Positions 1 through 9,316 of a stretch of DNA of 26,970 nt are shown piece by piece. The stretch covers positions 1-26,970 of the forward strand of contig JBJHCF010000058.1 in the NCBI GenBank assembly GCA_050506795.1. The letters run 5' to 3'. Each line of letters opens with the position of its first letter. Position 1 is the stretch's first letter. The notes below the pieces were generated by a model that was not told the DNA's origin, did not search any database, and worked only from the letters and a program-made list of their open reading frames with translations. This stretch comes from Opitutia bacterium (GTDB lineage: Bacteria; Verrucomicrobiota; Verrucomicrobiia; Opitutales; T3Sed10-336). The position numbers and the translations under genes are program-made.

Positions 1-54
1 CTCTCCGTCTCGGGGGCTGGGAGTTGTTTATACGCCCCCGGATCGGGACAGCGC

Positions 55-900
55 ATGTTTGGGTTGGGGTTCCGTGCTGGGAGACGGGCCGGCGGCCAGG
101 GCCGCCGGCGATTCCCTCAAGTCCGTAGCCGAGCCTTCACTTTGATTGAGCTGCTGGCCGTAATCGGGGTGATTGGGATTCTTTTCTCCATCACGGTCAG
201 CGCGATTTTGCCCGCTGCCGGCAATTCGGTCCGGCAGGCCAAATCCACCAGCAACCTTCGGCAATTGGGATTTGCGGTTCAGCTCTATCTGATCGATAAT
301 CAAGATGCCTTTTTCCCGTATCGCGAGGCGACGCCGGACGGCACTCTCTGGTATTTCGGCTGGGAAGCGGCGGGAGGTTCGCGAGCCGGAGAAGGCAATC
401 GGGAACTCGATCGTAGGCGGAGCCCGCTCTTTCCCTATATTCAGCAGGTCGGTGGAATTGAGGTGTGCCCCGGCTTCGACTATAACAATTCGCTGTGGAA
501 GCCAAAGTTCAAAGGGGCCAGTTGGGGATACGGTTATAATGTCACCCTTGGACCGCGGGATCCGGTCTTCCAGGGATTTAAGAAAATCAAACGACCGGGT
601 CGTCGGTTGGGCGACCTGGCGGATCCGTCCAGGGTAATTGTTTTCGGCACTTGCGCCCAAGTGAACGATTTTCAGTATCCGGCTTCATCCAGGAATCCCA
701 TGGTGGAGGAGTTTTACTTCCTGGATTCCACCAGCCGTACGGTTCACTTTCGATTCGGCGGCGGGGAGGTCGCGCTTTTTCTCTTCGCCGACGGCAGCGT
801 CCGCCCGAAGAATCCCTATCCGGGAACCATCGATCCCCGGTTGCCCGAAGCAAGGATCGGGAGAATAACCGCGCGCGGCAGTACGGAGTATTTGCATTGA
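55..900 (+). CDS. Prepilin-type N-terminal cleavage/methylation domain protein with C-terminal H-X9-DG-like motif (DUF1559-like PVC family)
   Basis: RA|FTLIELLAVIGVIGIL type-IV-pilin-like N-terminus, followed by SNLRQLG..QLY, YGYN and a C-terminal HFRF...FLFADGSV motif. Start codon uncertain. Confidence 0.85.
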   Translation: MFGLGFRAGRRAGGQGRRRFPQVRSRAFTLIELLAVIGVIGILFSITVSAILPAAGNSVRQAKSTSNLRQLGFAVQLYLIDNQDAFFPYREATPDGTLWYFGWEAAGGSRAGEGNRELDRRRSPLFPYIQQVGGIEVCPGFDYNNSLWKPKFKGASWGYGYNVTLGPRDPVFQGFKKIKRPGRRLGDLADPSRVIVFGTCAQVNDFQYPASSRNPMVEEFYFLDSTSRTVHFRFGGGEVALFLFADGSVRPKNPYPGTIDPRLPEARIGRITARGSTEYLH

Positions 901-1043
901 CCAGTGGGCGCTCCGTTTCGGCAATCATCGATTTTCGTGATCGGTTGGCGGTGGCGGGGTTCACAAACGGTGATTTGATCCGGCTCCATGGCCCTGGAAG
1001 TTGCTTGCCAGCGCGCGCCACAGATTCCATGGTTTGAGGTATC

Positions 1044-2069
1044 ATGAATAATCTCTGCGCTCGCTTATTCCCTGTTGCATTGGCCGGCGTCTTGCTGTTT
1101 TCGGCGGCGGGCTCGCTGTTCGGTCAATCGGAGATTTCCACTGTCAGACTGGAGGACGTGCGTATGCGTGACGCCTGTGTGTTGCCGTGTGAAGAAACGG
1201 AAACCTACTATATGGTCTCCTCCGCCTCGGGTTCCCGGGTCCGGGCGTACACCAGTAAGGATCTGATCGAGTGGGAGGGGCCGCACATTATTTATGAAAC
1301 GCCGGATGAGATGTGGGGAACGGATGTTGATATCCGCGGCATCTGGGCGCCGGAACTGCACAAGTACCAAGGAAAGTATTATCTCTTCCTGACCTTCAAC
1401 ACCAACCACGAACTTCCCGAACAATGGAACCAGTGGTTCAACTGGCGCCCGAGAGTACGGCGGGCGTCCCAGGTTCTGGTCAGCGACTCGCCGTTGGGGC
1501 CGTTCGAGGCATTTTCCAACGAACCGACGCTTCCGGCGGAGATGATGACCCTCGACGGCACGCTCTGGGTCGAAGACGGAGTGCCATATATGGTGTATTG
1601 TCACGAGTGGGTGCAGATCGTGGACGGGGCCATGTCCAAGGTGCGTTTAAAGGACGATCTCTCCGCCATCGATGGCGATCCCGTCGTCTTGTTCCGTGCC
1701 AGCGAGGCGCCGTGGGCCTGGCGCACGCCGGACGACCGGGTCTGGGTGACTGATGGGCCCTGGCTTTACCGCAGCAAGTCGGGCAAGCTTTTCATGCCCT
1801 GGTCAAGTTTCAGCGAAACCGGATACACCACCGGGCTGGCCGTTTCCGAATCGGGCAAGCTGGCCGGGCCCTGGGTCCAACAGGAGGAAGCGATCTACAC
1901 CGACGACGGCGGGCATCCCATGCTCTTCGAGACCTTCGACGGCCGCCTCATGATGGTTCTGCACTCCCCCAATACGCCGCCCAATGAACGTATTCATATT
2001 TTTGAGATGGAGGATACCGGGGAAACCTTGAACGTGGTGAGACGAATTGCCGGACCAGGCGCCGAGTAG
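1044..2069 (+). CDS. Secreted glycoside hydrolase family 43 (5-bladed beta-propeller)
   Basis: Signal-peptide-like N-terminus; motifs MRD, IWAPE, SDSPLGPF, TLDG, TDGP, GPW and GGH; GAGG RBS upstream. Confidence 0.88.
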   Translation: MNNLCARLFPVALAGVLLFSAAGSLFGQSEISTVRLEDVRMRDACVLPCEETETYYMVSSASGSRVRAYTSKDLIEWEGPHIIYETPDEMWGTDVDIRGIWAPELHKYQGKYYLFLTFNTNHELPEQWNQWFNWRPRVRRASQVLVSDSPLGPFEAFSNEPTLPAEMMTLDGTLWVEDGVPYMVYCHEWVQIVDGAMSKVRLKDDLSAIDGDPVVLFRASEAPWAWRTPDDRVWVTDGPWLYRSKSGKLFMPWSSFSETGYTTGLAVSESGKLAGPWVQQEEAIYTDDGGHPMLFETFDGRLMMVLHSPNTPPNERIHIFEMEDTGETLNVVRRIAGPGAE

Positions 2070-2154
2070 GGCCGTGAAGGAAGTTATTTGGATGCTTTGA
2101 GCGCCCATGCGGCGTTCATCTATTCGGCTCCGGTCGAGCCAAAAGTAGGTCCGC

Positions 2155-2766
2155 TTATAGGTTTCCCGATAGGCAACCAGCTTTATGATTGGCTGTCTCC
2201 CGCAAAGATTCGATTTCCCAGCTTAGTTCCTCTTTCGAAGTGACCGCCTTGATTCGGTAGTCGATGCCGGCGGTTTGACAAAGGATTCCGATCGGTGAGA
2301 CTTTTGGCCGAGTTTCCTCCACTCGAAATAATTCGTGGCAATTGTCAGGGGTGACAAGATAAACGAATGTTTTTTGAGTGGAATAGGTGTTGAGGTGCAA
2401 CTCTCGAATCCGACAGGCGTCCGGGTCAAAGGCGAAGTGGCCGTTGGTGTGGATCCTTCTGGTCGCGGGATCGAATCGAATCAATGTGTCCCTTCGGAGC
2501 AGGCGTCGGACCAGGGGTACCGCGGCACTGATTCCCACGAGGGTGAGTCCCGTTGCAAGGAGTGTCGCCGATTCCTTGAAGAAGCGAACACAGGCCGCGG
2601 CCCAGGCGACTGCCAGGGGCGTTAGACAGGCAAGGGTGAATCCCCGAAAAGCCGGCGTTCGGCGCGTTTTCAGAACGATTTGATTGTCTTGCTGGAGGGT
2701 TTCGAGGTGGTGCCACGAGGGGAATCTTCGTTTGGCAACGGGCAGGGGAATTAGGGTGTCGTTCAT
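2155..2766 (-). CDS. Hypothetical membrane protein (two predicted TM helices)
   Basis: 203-aa ATG ORF that fills the gap between genes; two hydrophobic segments (FTLACLTPLAVAWAAACV and LLATGLTLVGISAAVPLV); no recognisable family. Confidence 0.55.
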   Translation of the reverse strand: MNDTLIPLPVAKRRFPSWHHLETLQQDNQIVLKTRRTPAFRGFTLACLTPLAVAWAAACVRFFKESATLLATGLTLVGISAAVPLVRRLLRRDTLIRFDPATRRIHTNGHFAFDPDACRIRELHLNTYSTQKTFVYLVTPDNCHELFRVEETRPKVSPIGILCQTAGIDYRIKAVTSKEELSWEIESLRETANHKAGCLSGNL

Positions 2767-2973
2767 GGGTAAAAAGGAAAATGCCGGGTAATAAAAGCAT
2801 TGTGCAATGCCGAGGTATGATCACACAAATCTCTCAAGGATAAAGGCTAAAAGACGATTATAGTGAATGGTTTAGCGGCAGGGTCAATTTTTTTCGAAAC
2901 GTGTCCCATTCGTTAATTCTTGATGCAGGATTCCGGAGGAGGCCCCCGGCGATTCCGGGTGGCGTGGCGGACT

Positions 2974-4848
2974 TCAGCTAAGGTAGGGGGCGTATTCGGG
3001 TACAAACTTCTTCATCAGCAGTTTAAGAGTGTTTGGCTCGGCCGATTGGAGATGGGCGCTTATCTCATCGATCATGCGTTCGACCGTATCCAGGGACTCG
3101 GCCTGGCAGACGAGGCGCAGGATTTTGGGATGTGTGGTTTCGACGATGTTTTCGCTCTTGTGGCTCAACTCCTCATAGAGCTTTTCGCCGGGCCGCAGCC
3201 CAATGAATTCGATGTCGATGTCCTCCTCCGGTCTCAAACCGCTGAGTTCGATCAACTGGCGGGCCAGATCGACGATTTTCACCGGTTCTCCCATGTCGAG
3301 GATGAAGATCTCGCCCCCTGTTCCCTGGGCGCCGCTTTGCAGCACCAGACCGACCGCCTCGGGAATGGTCATGAAAAAGCGAGTGACCTCGGGGTGGGTG
3401 ACCCGGATGGGGCCTCCAGCCTCGATCTGCTTCTTGAAAGTGGGGATCACGCTTCCGGATGAACCCAGAACGTTGCCGAAACGTACCGCCATGAACTTGG
3501 TGCCGTTCGGGCGGGAGGCAAAAAGGGCTCCGAGGAAGATCTCGGCAAGGCGTTTGCTGGCACCCATGACGTTGGTGGGATTGATCGCTTTGTCGGTTGA
3601 GATCTGAACAAAACGTTCGGCCTTGTATTCCTGGGCAAGGCGCGCCACATTTACCGTGCCGAGGACATTGTTGTGCACCGCCTGGCAGGGTTGGCTTTCC
3701 ATCATCGGCACATGTTTGTGGGCGGCGGCATGAAAGACCAGGGACGGGAGGTAGCGTCCGAACAGAAAGCGAAGGCGTTGGACATCGGTCACGTTGGCAA
3801 CCAAGGGGAGAACCACACCGGCAAATCCTTCCACCGCCAGTTCCTGCTCGATCGGGAAAAGCTGCACCTCCGACTGGTCGACCATCAGAAGCCTCTTGGG
3901 ATGGTAACGAACGATTTGACGACAAAGTTCGCTGCCGATGCTGCCGCCGGCTCCGGTAACCAGGACCACCTTGCCTTCGATGATTTGTTTGATGTTTTCA
4001 GTTTCCAGTTCCACCGAATCGCGGCCCAGGAGGTCTTGGATTTCCACGGGGCGCAACTGCGAGACCCGGACCTTGCCGGTCACCAGTTGAAACATGGAGG
4101 GCACGGTTTCGAACTTCAGCCGCGTCTTTTGCAGAAGCCGCACGATCTCCCCCATGCGCTGGGTGGTGGCATTGGGTATGGCCAGAATCACTTCGTCGAA
4201 TCGGTTGCGATATTCGGCCTTTTCCAGGATTTCCGGAGAGCCCAGGACCGGGATGTCGTAGATCCGTGAGTGCCATTTTCGGGGGTCATCGTCCAGAAAC
4301 GCAATTGGATTCAGGCCCAGGCCCGATTTGATTCGCAGCTCACGGGCCAGATTCGCGCCCACGTCGCCGGCCCCGATGATCGCCACCGGACGCGCGGTGG
4401 CTTCCCGGGACTTTTTGCCGTTACTGTAACGCTCCCGTGCGATGCGAAAGGATAATCGAAGTCCCGCCACTCCCATAAAACTGAACAGGAAATCCGCCAT
4501 TATCACCGTGCGCGGCGGGACGGCGTCGATAATCGGGATCCACCACATGGTGGCGATCACGAGCGATGCGATCGCCAGGGCGCAGAAAATCCGCCACAGA
4601 TCGGGCGTGCTGAAAAAGCTGAGCAGTCCGGCGAACTGACGGAAAGCGAAGAGAAGGAGCAGCTTGAGCGGTATGATCCAAAGGAAAGCGCCGAGCATTT
4701 CTTCCCGGTAACGCGGCGAAAGAATGAAGTCGAAACGCAGCAGGTAACCGAGCCACAGGCTGGCGATGAAAATCACCGTGTAGGCGCCGAGCAGGAACAG
4801 GAATCGTGGACCGATAAAATGTTTGAATGCTGACCAGACTTGTCTCAT
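2974..4848 (-). CDS. Membrane-bound nucleoside-diphosphate-sugar 4,6-dehydratase/epimerase (CapD/PglF/WbpM family)
   Basis: About four N-terminal TM helices; IIGAGDVG, VLVTGAGGSIGSELCRQI, HAAAHKHVP, STDKAINPTNVMGASKR, RFGNVLGSSGSV and GLRPGEKLYEEL. Confidence 0.95.
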   Translation of the reverse strand: MRQVWSAFKHFIGPRFLFLLGAYTVIFIASLWLGYLLRFDFILSPRYREEMLGAFLWIIPLKLLLLFAFRQFAGLLSFFSTPDLWRIFCALAIASLVIATMWWIPIIDAVPPRTVIMADFLFSFMGVAGLRLSFRIARERYSNGKKSREATARPVAIIGAGDVGANLARELRIKSGLGLNPIAFLDDDPRKWHSRIYDIPVLGSPEILEKAEYRNRFDEVILAIPNATTQRMGEIVRLLQKTRLKFETVPSMFQLVTGKVRVSQLRPVEIQDLLGRDSVELETENIKQIIEGKVVLVTGAGGSIGSELCRQIVRYHPKRLLMVDQSEVQLFPIEQELAVEGFAGVVLPLVANVTDVQRLRFLFGRYLPSLVFHAAAHKHVPMMESQPCQAVHNNVLGTVNVARLAQEYKAERFVQISTDKAINPTNVMGASKRLAEIFLGALFASRPNGTKFMAVRFGNVLGSSGSVIPTFKKQIEAGGPIRVTHPEVTRFFMTIPEAVGLVLQSGAQGTGGEIFILDMGEPVKIVDLARQLIELSGLRPEEDIDIEFIGLRPGEKLYEELSHKSENIVETTHPKILRLVCQAESLDTVERMIDEISAHLQSAEPNTLKLLMKKFVPEYAPYLS

Positions 4849-5086
4849 CGATTCGGTACAGTCGAGGCGTCTTCCGTGAATCGGATGGGCACCCGGAAAA
4901 AGAGTTTGATTAGCAGGCTCCGTGGCTTCCGTAAAGCCGGATTTCTCCGGCGACGTTCACATCCCATGGCTTTTCCGTTTTTGCCGTCGAAGGCCGCGTG
5001 ACAAAGCATTTCAGATCGAAAATGTGAGATTTGAGCTTTTTCGCACACGAAGGGGGGACCAATACCCGCGGACGAAACAACCGGGT

Positions 5087-6838
5087 TCACATTCGCCGCA
5101 GGGTCCTTATACCCAGCAGTTCGAGCCCCCGTTCCAGCACCAGAAGGGTGCGCCGGCAGAGTATAATGCGGCGCGCCCGCACTTCCGGTTCGTCGACCAG
5201 CACCTTGTCGGCGTTGTAAAATCCGCTGAATTCCCCCGCCAATTCATACAGATAGGTTCCGATGAAATGCGGGCGCAGGTCGCCCAGCGCCATTTTCAGA
5301 ACCTCCGGAAAGGCTACCAGCTTGCGGGCGAGCTTGAGTTCCCGCTCCGTCTCGAACGGAGCGGCGGAGTTTTCGTCGATTTCAGCGTTTTCGCCCAGGC
5401 GGGTAAAGATGCTGTGGATACGGGCCACGGCGTACAGCAGGTAGGGGGCGGTGTTGCCCTCAAAGCTGAGGATTTTGTCCCAGGCGAAAACATAATCGCT
5501 GGTCCGGTTCTGGGCGAGATCGGCGTAGCGTACCGCGCCCAGACCGATGGCGCGTGCGATCTCGGCCTTTTCCGCCTCGGGCAACTCGGGATTCTTCTCC
5601 TCCACGATGACTCGCGCCCGGCGTTCGGCTTCGGCCAGAAGGTCTTTCAGTTTTATGGGATCTCCGGAGCGCGTCTTGATGGCTTTGCCATCTTCGCCCA
5701 GGATGGTCCCGAACCAGACATGGTCGAGTTCGGGCAGGGGCCGGTCGGTGGCGGCGAACCATTTTTCCACGGTGAGGAATAGCTGCTCGAAGTGGTCACG
5801 CTGCCGGGCGTCGGTTACGTAAACGATTTTCTCCGCCTGCCATTCGCGCACACGGTGGAGCACGGTCGCGAGATCGGTCGAGGCGTAGTTGCTGGCTCCG
5901 TCCGACTTGCGGACGATAAACGGCTGCTTGTTGAAACGCGGGTGTTCCCGGTGGAAAACAACCAGCGCGCCTTCGCTTTCCTCGGCGATTCCCTGTTCGG
6001 TCAGATCCCGGTAAACCTCATCCACCTTGTCCCGGTAAAAACTTTCACCCAGGTGGGCGTCGAAATGCACGTCGAGCTTTTCGTAAATCTCCTGGAACGC
6101 CTTCTCGCTCAGCCGGTTGATTTCCTTCCAAAGCTGGAGATTCTCCGGTTCCCCTCGCTGCAGTTTGACCAGTTCCGCTCGGGCCTGGTCGAGAACCCCG
6201 GCGTCCTCCCGGGAAAGCGCGTCGCCTTTCTTGTAAAGGCGTTCCAGCTCTTCGAGGGGATCGCGTTTCAGCGCTTCAGGATCGAGGTGGTGCTTGTAGG
6301 CGTAAAGCAACTTGCCGTACTGCGTGCCCCAGTCACCGATGTGATTGTCGCGAATGACTTTCGCCCCTGCAAAGTCGAAAAGCCGGCTGATCGATTCGCC
6401 CACCACCATGGACCGAATATGGGCCACATGCATCTGCTTGGCGGTGTTGGGCGAGCTGTAGTCGACGACGACGCGCTTGCCGTGGTACAACTCCGCGGCG
6501 CCCGACCGCAGATCGTCATCGGTGCGGTGGCGGCGCAGCCATTGGAGCAGGGCGGCGGGGCGCAGGCTGAAGTTGATAAACCCGGGGCCGGCGACCTCCA
6601 TGGCAAAGACGTCGCTCGCGGGCCCTTTGAGTGCTTCTGTCAGGGATTGGGCCAGGGCGCGGGGGTTCTGTTTCGTTTTTTTGGCGAAGGGAAGGACGCC
6701 GTTGACTTGAAAATCTCCGAACCGGGGATCGGCCGGCCGGACGTCGGGGACGAACGTTTCGTCGAACCCATTTGCCTCCCTTGCCACCGCCGCCACCGCC
6801 GCTTCCAGCGTTTCCGCCAGGTTGAATCCAATGTCCAT
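5087..6838 (-). CDS. argS: Arginine--tRNA ligase
   Basis: FGDFQ.N, AGPGFIN, DYSSPNTAKQMHVAH (HIGH-like), NHIGDWGTQYG, KTRSG and EGNTAPYLLYAVARIHSI (DALR region). ATG at 6838 chosen over the upstream alternative start at 6919. Confidence 0.97.
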   Translation of the reverse strand: MDIGFNLAETLEAAVAAVAREANGFDETFVPDVRPADPRFGDFQVNGVLPFAKKTKQNPRALAQSLTEALKGPASDVFAMEVAGPGFINFSLRPAALLQWLRRHRTDDDLRSGAAELYHGKRVVVDYSSPNTAKQMHVAHIRSMVVGESISRLFDFAGAKVIRDNHIGDWGTQYGKLLYAYKHHLDPEALKRDPLEELERLYKKGDALSREDAGVLDQARAELVKLQRGEPENLQLWKEINRLSEKAFQEIYEKLDVHFDAHLGESFYRDKVDEVYRDLTEQGIAEESEGALVVFHREHPRFNKQPFIVRKSDGASNYASTDLATVLHRVREWQAEKIVYVTDARQRDHFEQLFLTVEKWFAATDRPLPELDHVWFGTILGEDGKAIKTRSGDPIKLKDLLAEAERRARVIVEEKNPELPEAEKAEIARAIGLGAVRYADLAQNRTSDYVFAWDKILSFEGNTAPYLLYAVARIHSIFTRLGENAEIDENSAAPFETERELKLARKLVAFPEVLKMALGDLRPHFIGTYLYELAGEFSGFYNADKVLVDEPEVRARRIILCRRTLLVLERGLELLGIRTLRRM

Positions 6839-7034
6839 CCAAGCAATCGAAGAAACCCTGCTTGCGGGAGCAAGTTCGGAATTGGGAAAAATCCGCATTG
6901 CGTCCCCCGAAACGGGCATTTTCCGCGAAGATGACGGTGGGCGAAAAAAAAGCTCGACATGTTGTCGATAATAACCTTATCCTTAACGGTTTGCGGCATC
7001 TTGTTTCCAACCGCCGCATCAACTGAGCAAAGCT

Positions 7035-8378
7035 ATGAGAAAGAAAACCTTGGCGAACCGTCGTTTCGTAAAGCCGTCCTACACGTATCTTATCGAAAAG
7101 AAGAGGGATGGTGGCGAATTCAACCAGGAGGAAATCCGCTACATCGTGGACTCCATGCTGGATGGCGAAATGCCCCAGCATCAATTGGCTGCCCTGGCCA
7201 TGGCGATTTATTTCCAAGGCATGTCGGCTGCGGAAACGGCCATCCTGACCGAGGAGATGATGCTCTCGGGCGAGGTGATCGATTTGTCCAAGTTGTCGCG
7301 TCCGAAGATCGACAAATACTCGACCGGCGGTGTGGGAGACAAAACCTCCATCGTACTGGTGGCTCTGGCTGCGGCCAGCGGGGTTGTAGTGCCCATGATG
7401 TCGGGCGCGGATGAAGACTTTGTCATTGGCACTCTCGATAAGCTGAGTGCGATTCCGGGGTACAAGACCGAGCTTTCCATCGACACATTCGTGAAGCAGC
7501 TCACCGAGGTCCACTGCGCCATATCCGCTCAGAGTGAAGAAATTTCGCCTGCCGATCGTAAACTTTACGAATTGCGCCAGGCCACCGGCACGGTGCCGAG
7601 TTTGCCGCTCATCGCCGCCGGGGTCCTCAGCAAGAAGCTGGCTGAAGGCGCCGAAGGGTTGATTATCGACGTTAAGTGGGGAAATGGGGCCTTTGTTCAG
7701 GACCTCGAGCAGGCCAAGCAACTGGCCCGTACCATGACCCGGGTGGGGCGTTCCATGAAACGCCGTTGCGTCGCCCTGGTCACCGATATGAATCAACCTC
7801 TCGGCAGCACAGTCGGGACCGCCCTGGAGGTGAAGGAGGCCATTGAGTTGCTCAAGGGCGAGGGTCCGGAAGATTTGCGGGAACTCGTCCTCAAGCTGGG
7901 CATGGAGGTCGTGCGCCTGGCCGGTGTCGCCGGGTCCACCTTGTCGGCGAAGCAAACCGTGCAGCGTCACATCAAGGACGGCTCCGCCCTGGAGAAATTC
8001 AAGGAAATGGTGGCCGCTCAGGGTGGCGATACCAGTTATATCGACGACCCGGAGAAGTTTCCCAAGGCCAAACACGTGCGCAAATTACCTGCGCCCAAGC
8101 GCGGTTACGTGCACACCATCAACGCGGCCATGATCGCCCGCGGGGTCAGCCTGCTCGGCGCGGGGGTCGATCCCAAAACCAAAAAGATCGATTACGCCGC
8201 CGGAGTCTCCGAAATCCGCAAGGTGGGCACCCAGGTGAAACAGGGCGAGCCGCTCATGATGATCCACTACAACAGCGAAGCCAAACTGGAACAGGCCCTG
8301 GAGTACTTCAAGGCCGCCTACCGCCTCGCCCCCAAGCGCCCGAATCCCTCGCCGCTGATCGTGGAGAGAGTGGCGTAG
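7035..8378 (+). CDS. pdp: Thymidine/pyrimidine-nucleoside phosphorylase family protein with divergent active site
   Basis: IEKKRDG, DK(Y)STGGVGDKTS, GTLDKL..IPG, PADRKLY.LR, SKKLAEG, DVK.G.GAF and TDMNQPLG; PYNP C-terminal domain. Confidence 0.9.
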   Translation: MRKKTLANRRFVKPSYTYLIEKKRDGGEFNQEEIRYIVDSMLDGEMPQHQLAALAMAIYFQGMSAAETAILTEEMMLSGEVIDLSKLSRPKIDKYSTGGVGDKTSIVLVALAAASGVVVPMMSGADEDFVIGTLDKLSAIPGYKTELSIDTFVKQLTEVHCAISAQSEEISPADRKLYELRQATGTVPSLPLIAAGVLSKKLAEGAEGLIIDVKWGNGAFVQDLEQAKQLARTMTRVGRSMKRRCVALVTDMNQPLGSTVGTALEVKEAIELLKGEGPEDLRELVLKLGMEVVRLAGVAGSTLSAKQTVQRHIKDGSALEKFKEMVAAQGGDTSYIDDPEKFPKAKHVRKLPAPKRGYVHTINAAMIARGVSLLGAGVDPKTKKIDYAAGVSEIRKVGTQVKQGEPLMMIHYNSEAKLEQALEYFKAAYRLAPKRPNPSPLIVERVA

Positions 8379-8380
8379 GA

Positions 8381-8518
8381 ATTTTGGATTTTGGATTTGC
8401 GATTTTGGATTTTCCAGTGGCTCGCTGCGCGAGCAGTAGTCCTGCCTGCCCAGAGAAGGCTGATTTTGCGCGAAGCGCAGGACTAAAATCCAAAATCCGC
8501 AATCCGCAATCCAAAATC
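8381..8518. repeat. Inverted pair of AT-rich heptamer arrays (ATTTTGG-type) enclosing GC-rich hairpins; MITE/REP-like element
   Basis: Left arm 8381-8413 (ATTTTGG ATTTTGG ATTTGCG ATTTTGG ATTTT) matches the reverse complement of right arm 8485-8517 at 28/33 nt. Inner TAGTCCTGC/GCAGGACTA pair at 8437-8445 and 8477-8485. Confidence 0.85.
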
Positions 8519-8541
8519 AGCGACGGCTCTATGCCGTCGCT
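8519..8541 (-). terminator. Hairpin immediately after the efp stop; probable terminator, possibly bidirectional
   Basis: AGCGACGGC-TCTAT-GCCGTCGCT is a perfect 9-bp stem between convergent genes; the U-tract is weak. Confidence 0.55.
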
Positions 8542-9101
8542 TACGCTCTTCCCATGTAGGAGCCGTCGGCGGTGCTGACCTTGATGGTTTCGCCTTCCTT
8601 GATGAAGAGCGGAACCTGAACGGTCAGGCCGGTTTCGGTGGTGGCGGGTTTCTGCACGTTGGAGGCGGTGTCGCCGCGCACGCCTTCGGGGGATTCCGTT
8701 ACTTTCAATTCCATCGATGCCGGAAGCACCAATTCCACCGGCTTGCCCTCGATCAGCAGGAAATCGTAGACCTTGTTGGGGACGAGGTATTTTTTGACCT
8801 CCGGGGTGATGATGTCCTCGCCCATCTCCACGCTTTCGAAGGTTTCCGGATCCATGAACACGTAGTTGGCGCCGTCTTCGTAGCTGAACTCCAGCTTCTG
8901 GTTTTCGGTCATCAGAAAATCGATGGTCTCGGTCGAGCCGAATTTCACCACCGTGCTGGCCCGGGTATCCAGGTTTCGCAGGGTGGCCTGCACCCACCCC
9001 TGGCCGCGCCCCTGAGTGCGATGCTGCATGTCCAGCACCTGGTGAGGGACATTGTTGTAACTGATGACTTTGCCTTTTCGGAGTTCGGTTGCTTTCGCCA
9101 T
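8541..9101 (-). CDS. efp: Elongation factor P
   Basis: 186 aa from ATG 9101 (MAKATELRKG); FMDPETFE, GVRGDTA, KPATTETGLTVQVPLFIKEGETIKVST and Y.GRA; loop sequence HRTQGRG. Confidence 0.95.
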   Translation of the reverse strand: MAKATELRKGKVISYNNVPHQVLDMQHRTQGRGQGWVQATLRNLDTRASTVVKFGSTETIDFLMTENQKLEFSYEDGANYVFMDPETFESVEMGEDIITPEVKKYLVPNKVYDFLLIEGKPVELVLPASMELKVTESPEGVRGDTASNVQKPATTETGLTVQVPLFIKEGETIKVSTADGSYMGRA

Positions 9102-9135
9102 GGTGTTCCAGGGAAATTGAATTGAAAAAGGTTTT

Positions 9136-9165
9136 TGACTACCTGTGTCACGCACCGGCTGTCAA
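9136..9165 (-). promoter_or_regulatory. Putative sigma70 promoter of efp
   Basis: Minus-strand TTGACA (9165-9160) and TAGTCA (9141-9136) with an 18-bp spacer. Confidence 0.4.
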
Positions 9166-9316
9166 CGCTTGGTTTTAAGCGCGAGACGATCACACTGTTG
9201 AGCCGCCATGCCGCGAAGTTCGCCAAGTGTGTTTCTTCCCGGTCGAAACAGGGTGAGATCCGTTTCGCCTCCCATTCAGGATTGTCCCGGACCGGGGAAG
9301 ACGTTTGTGTCCAATC

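Noticed and set aside
1745..1765. GH43 general-acid position reads TDGP rather than EGP
   Set aside because: Subfamily variation is likely and another Glu (HEW) could serve; inactivity cannot be claimed without an alignment.
4922..8075. Long alternative ORFs (4922-5782 +, 5792-6934 +, 6516-8075 -)
   Set aside because: They lie antisense to argS or pdp and have no recognisable motifs; shadow ORFs typical of high-GC coding DNA.
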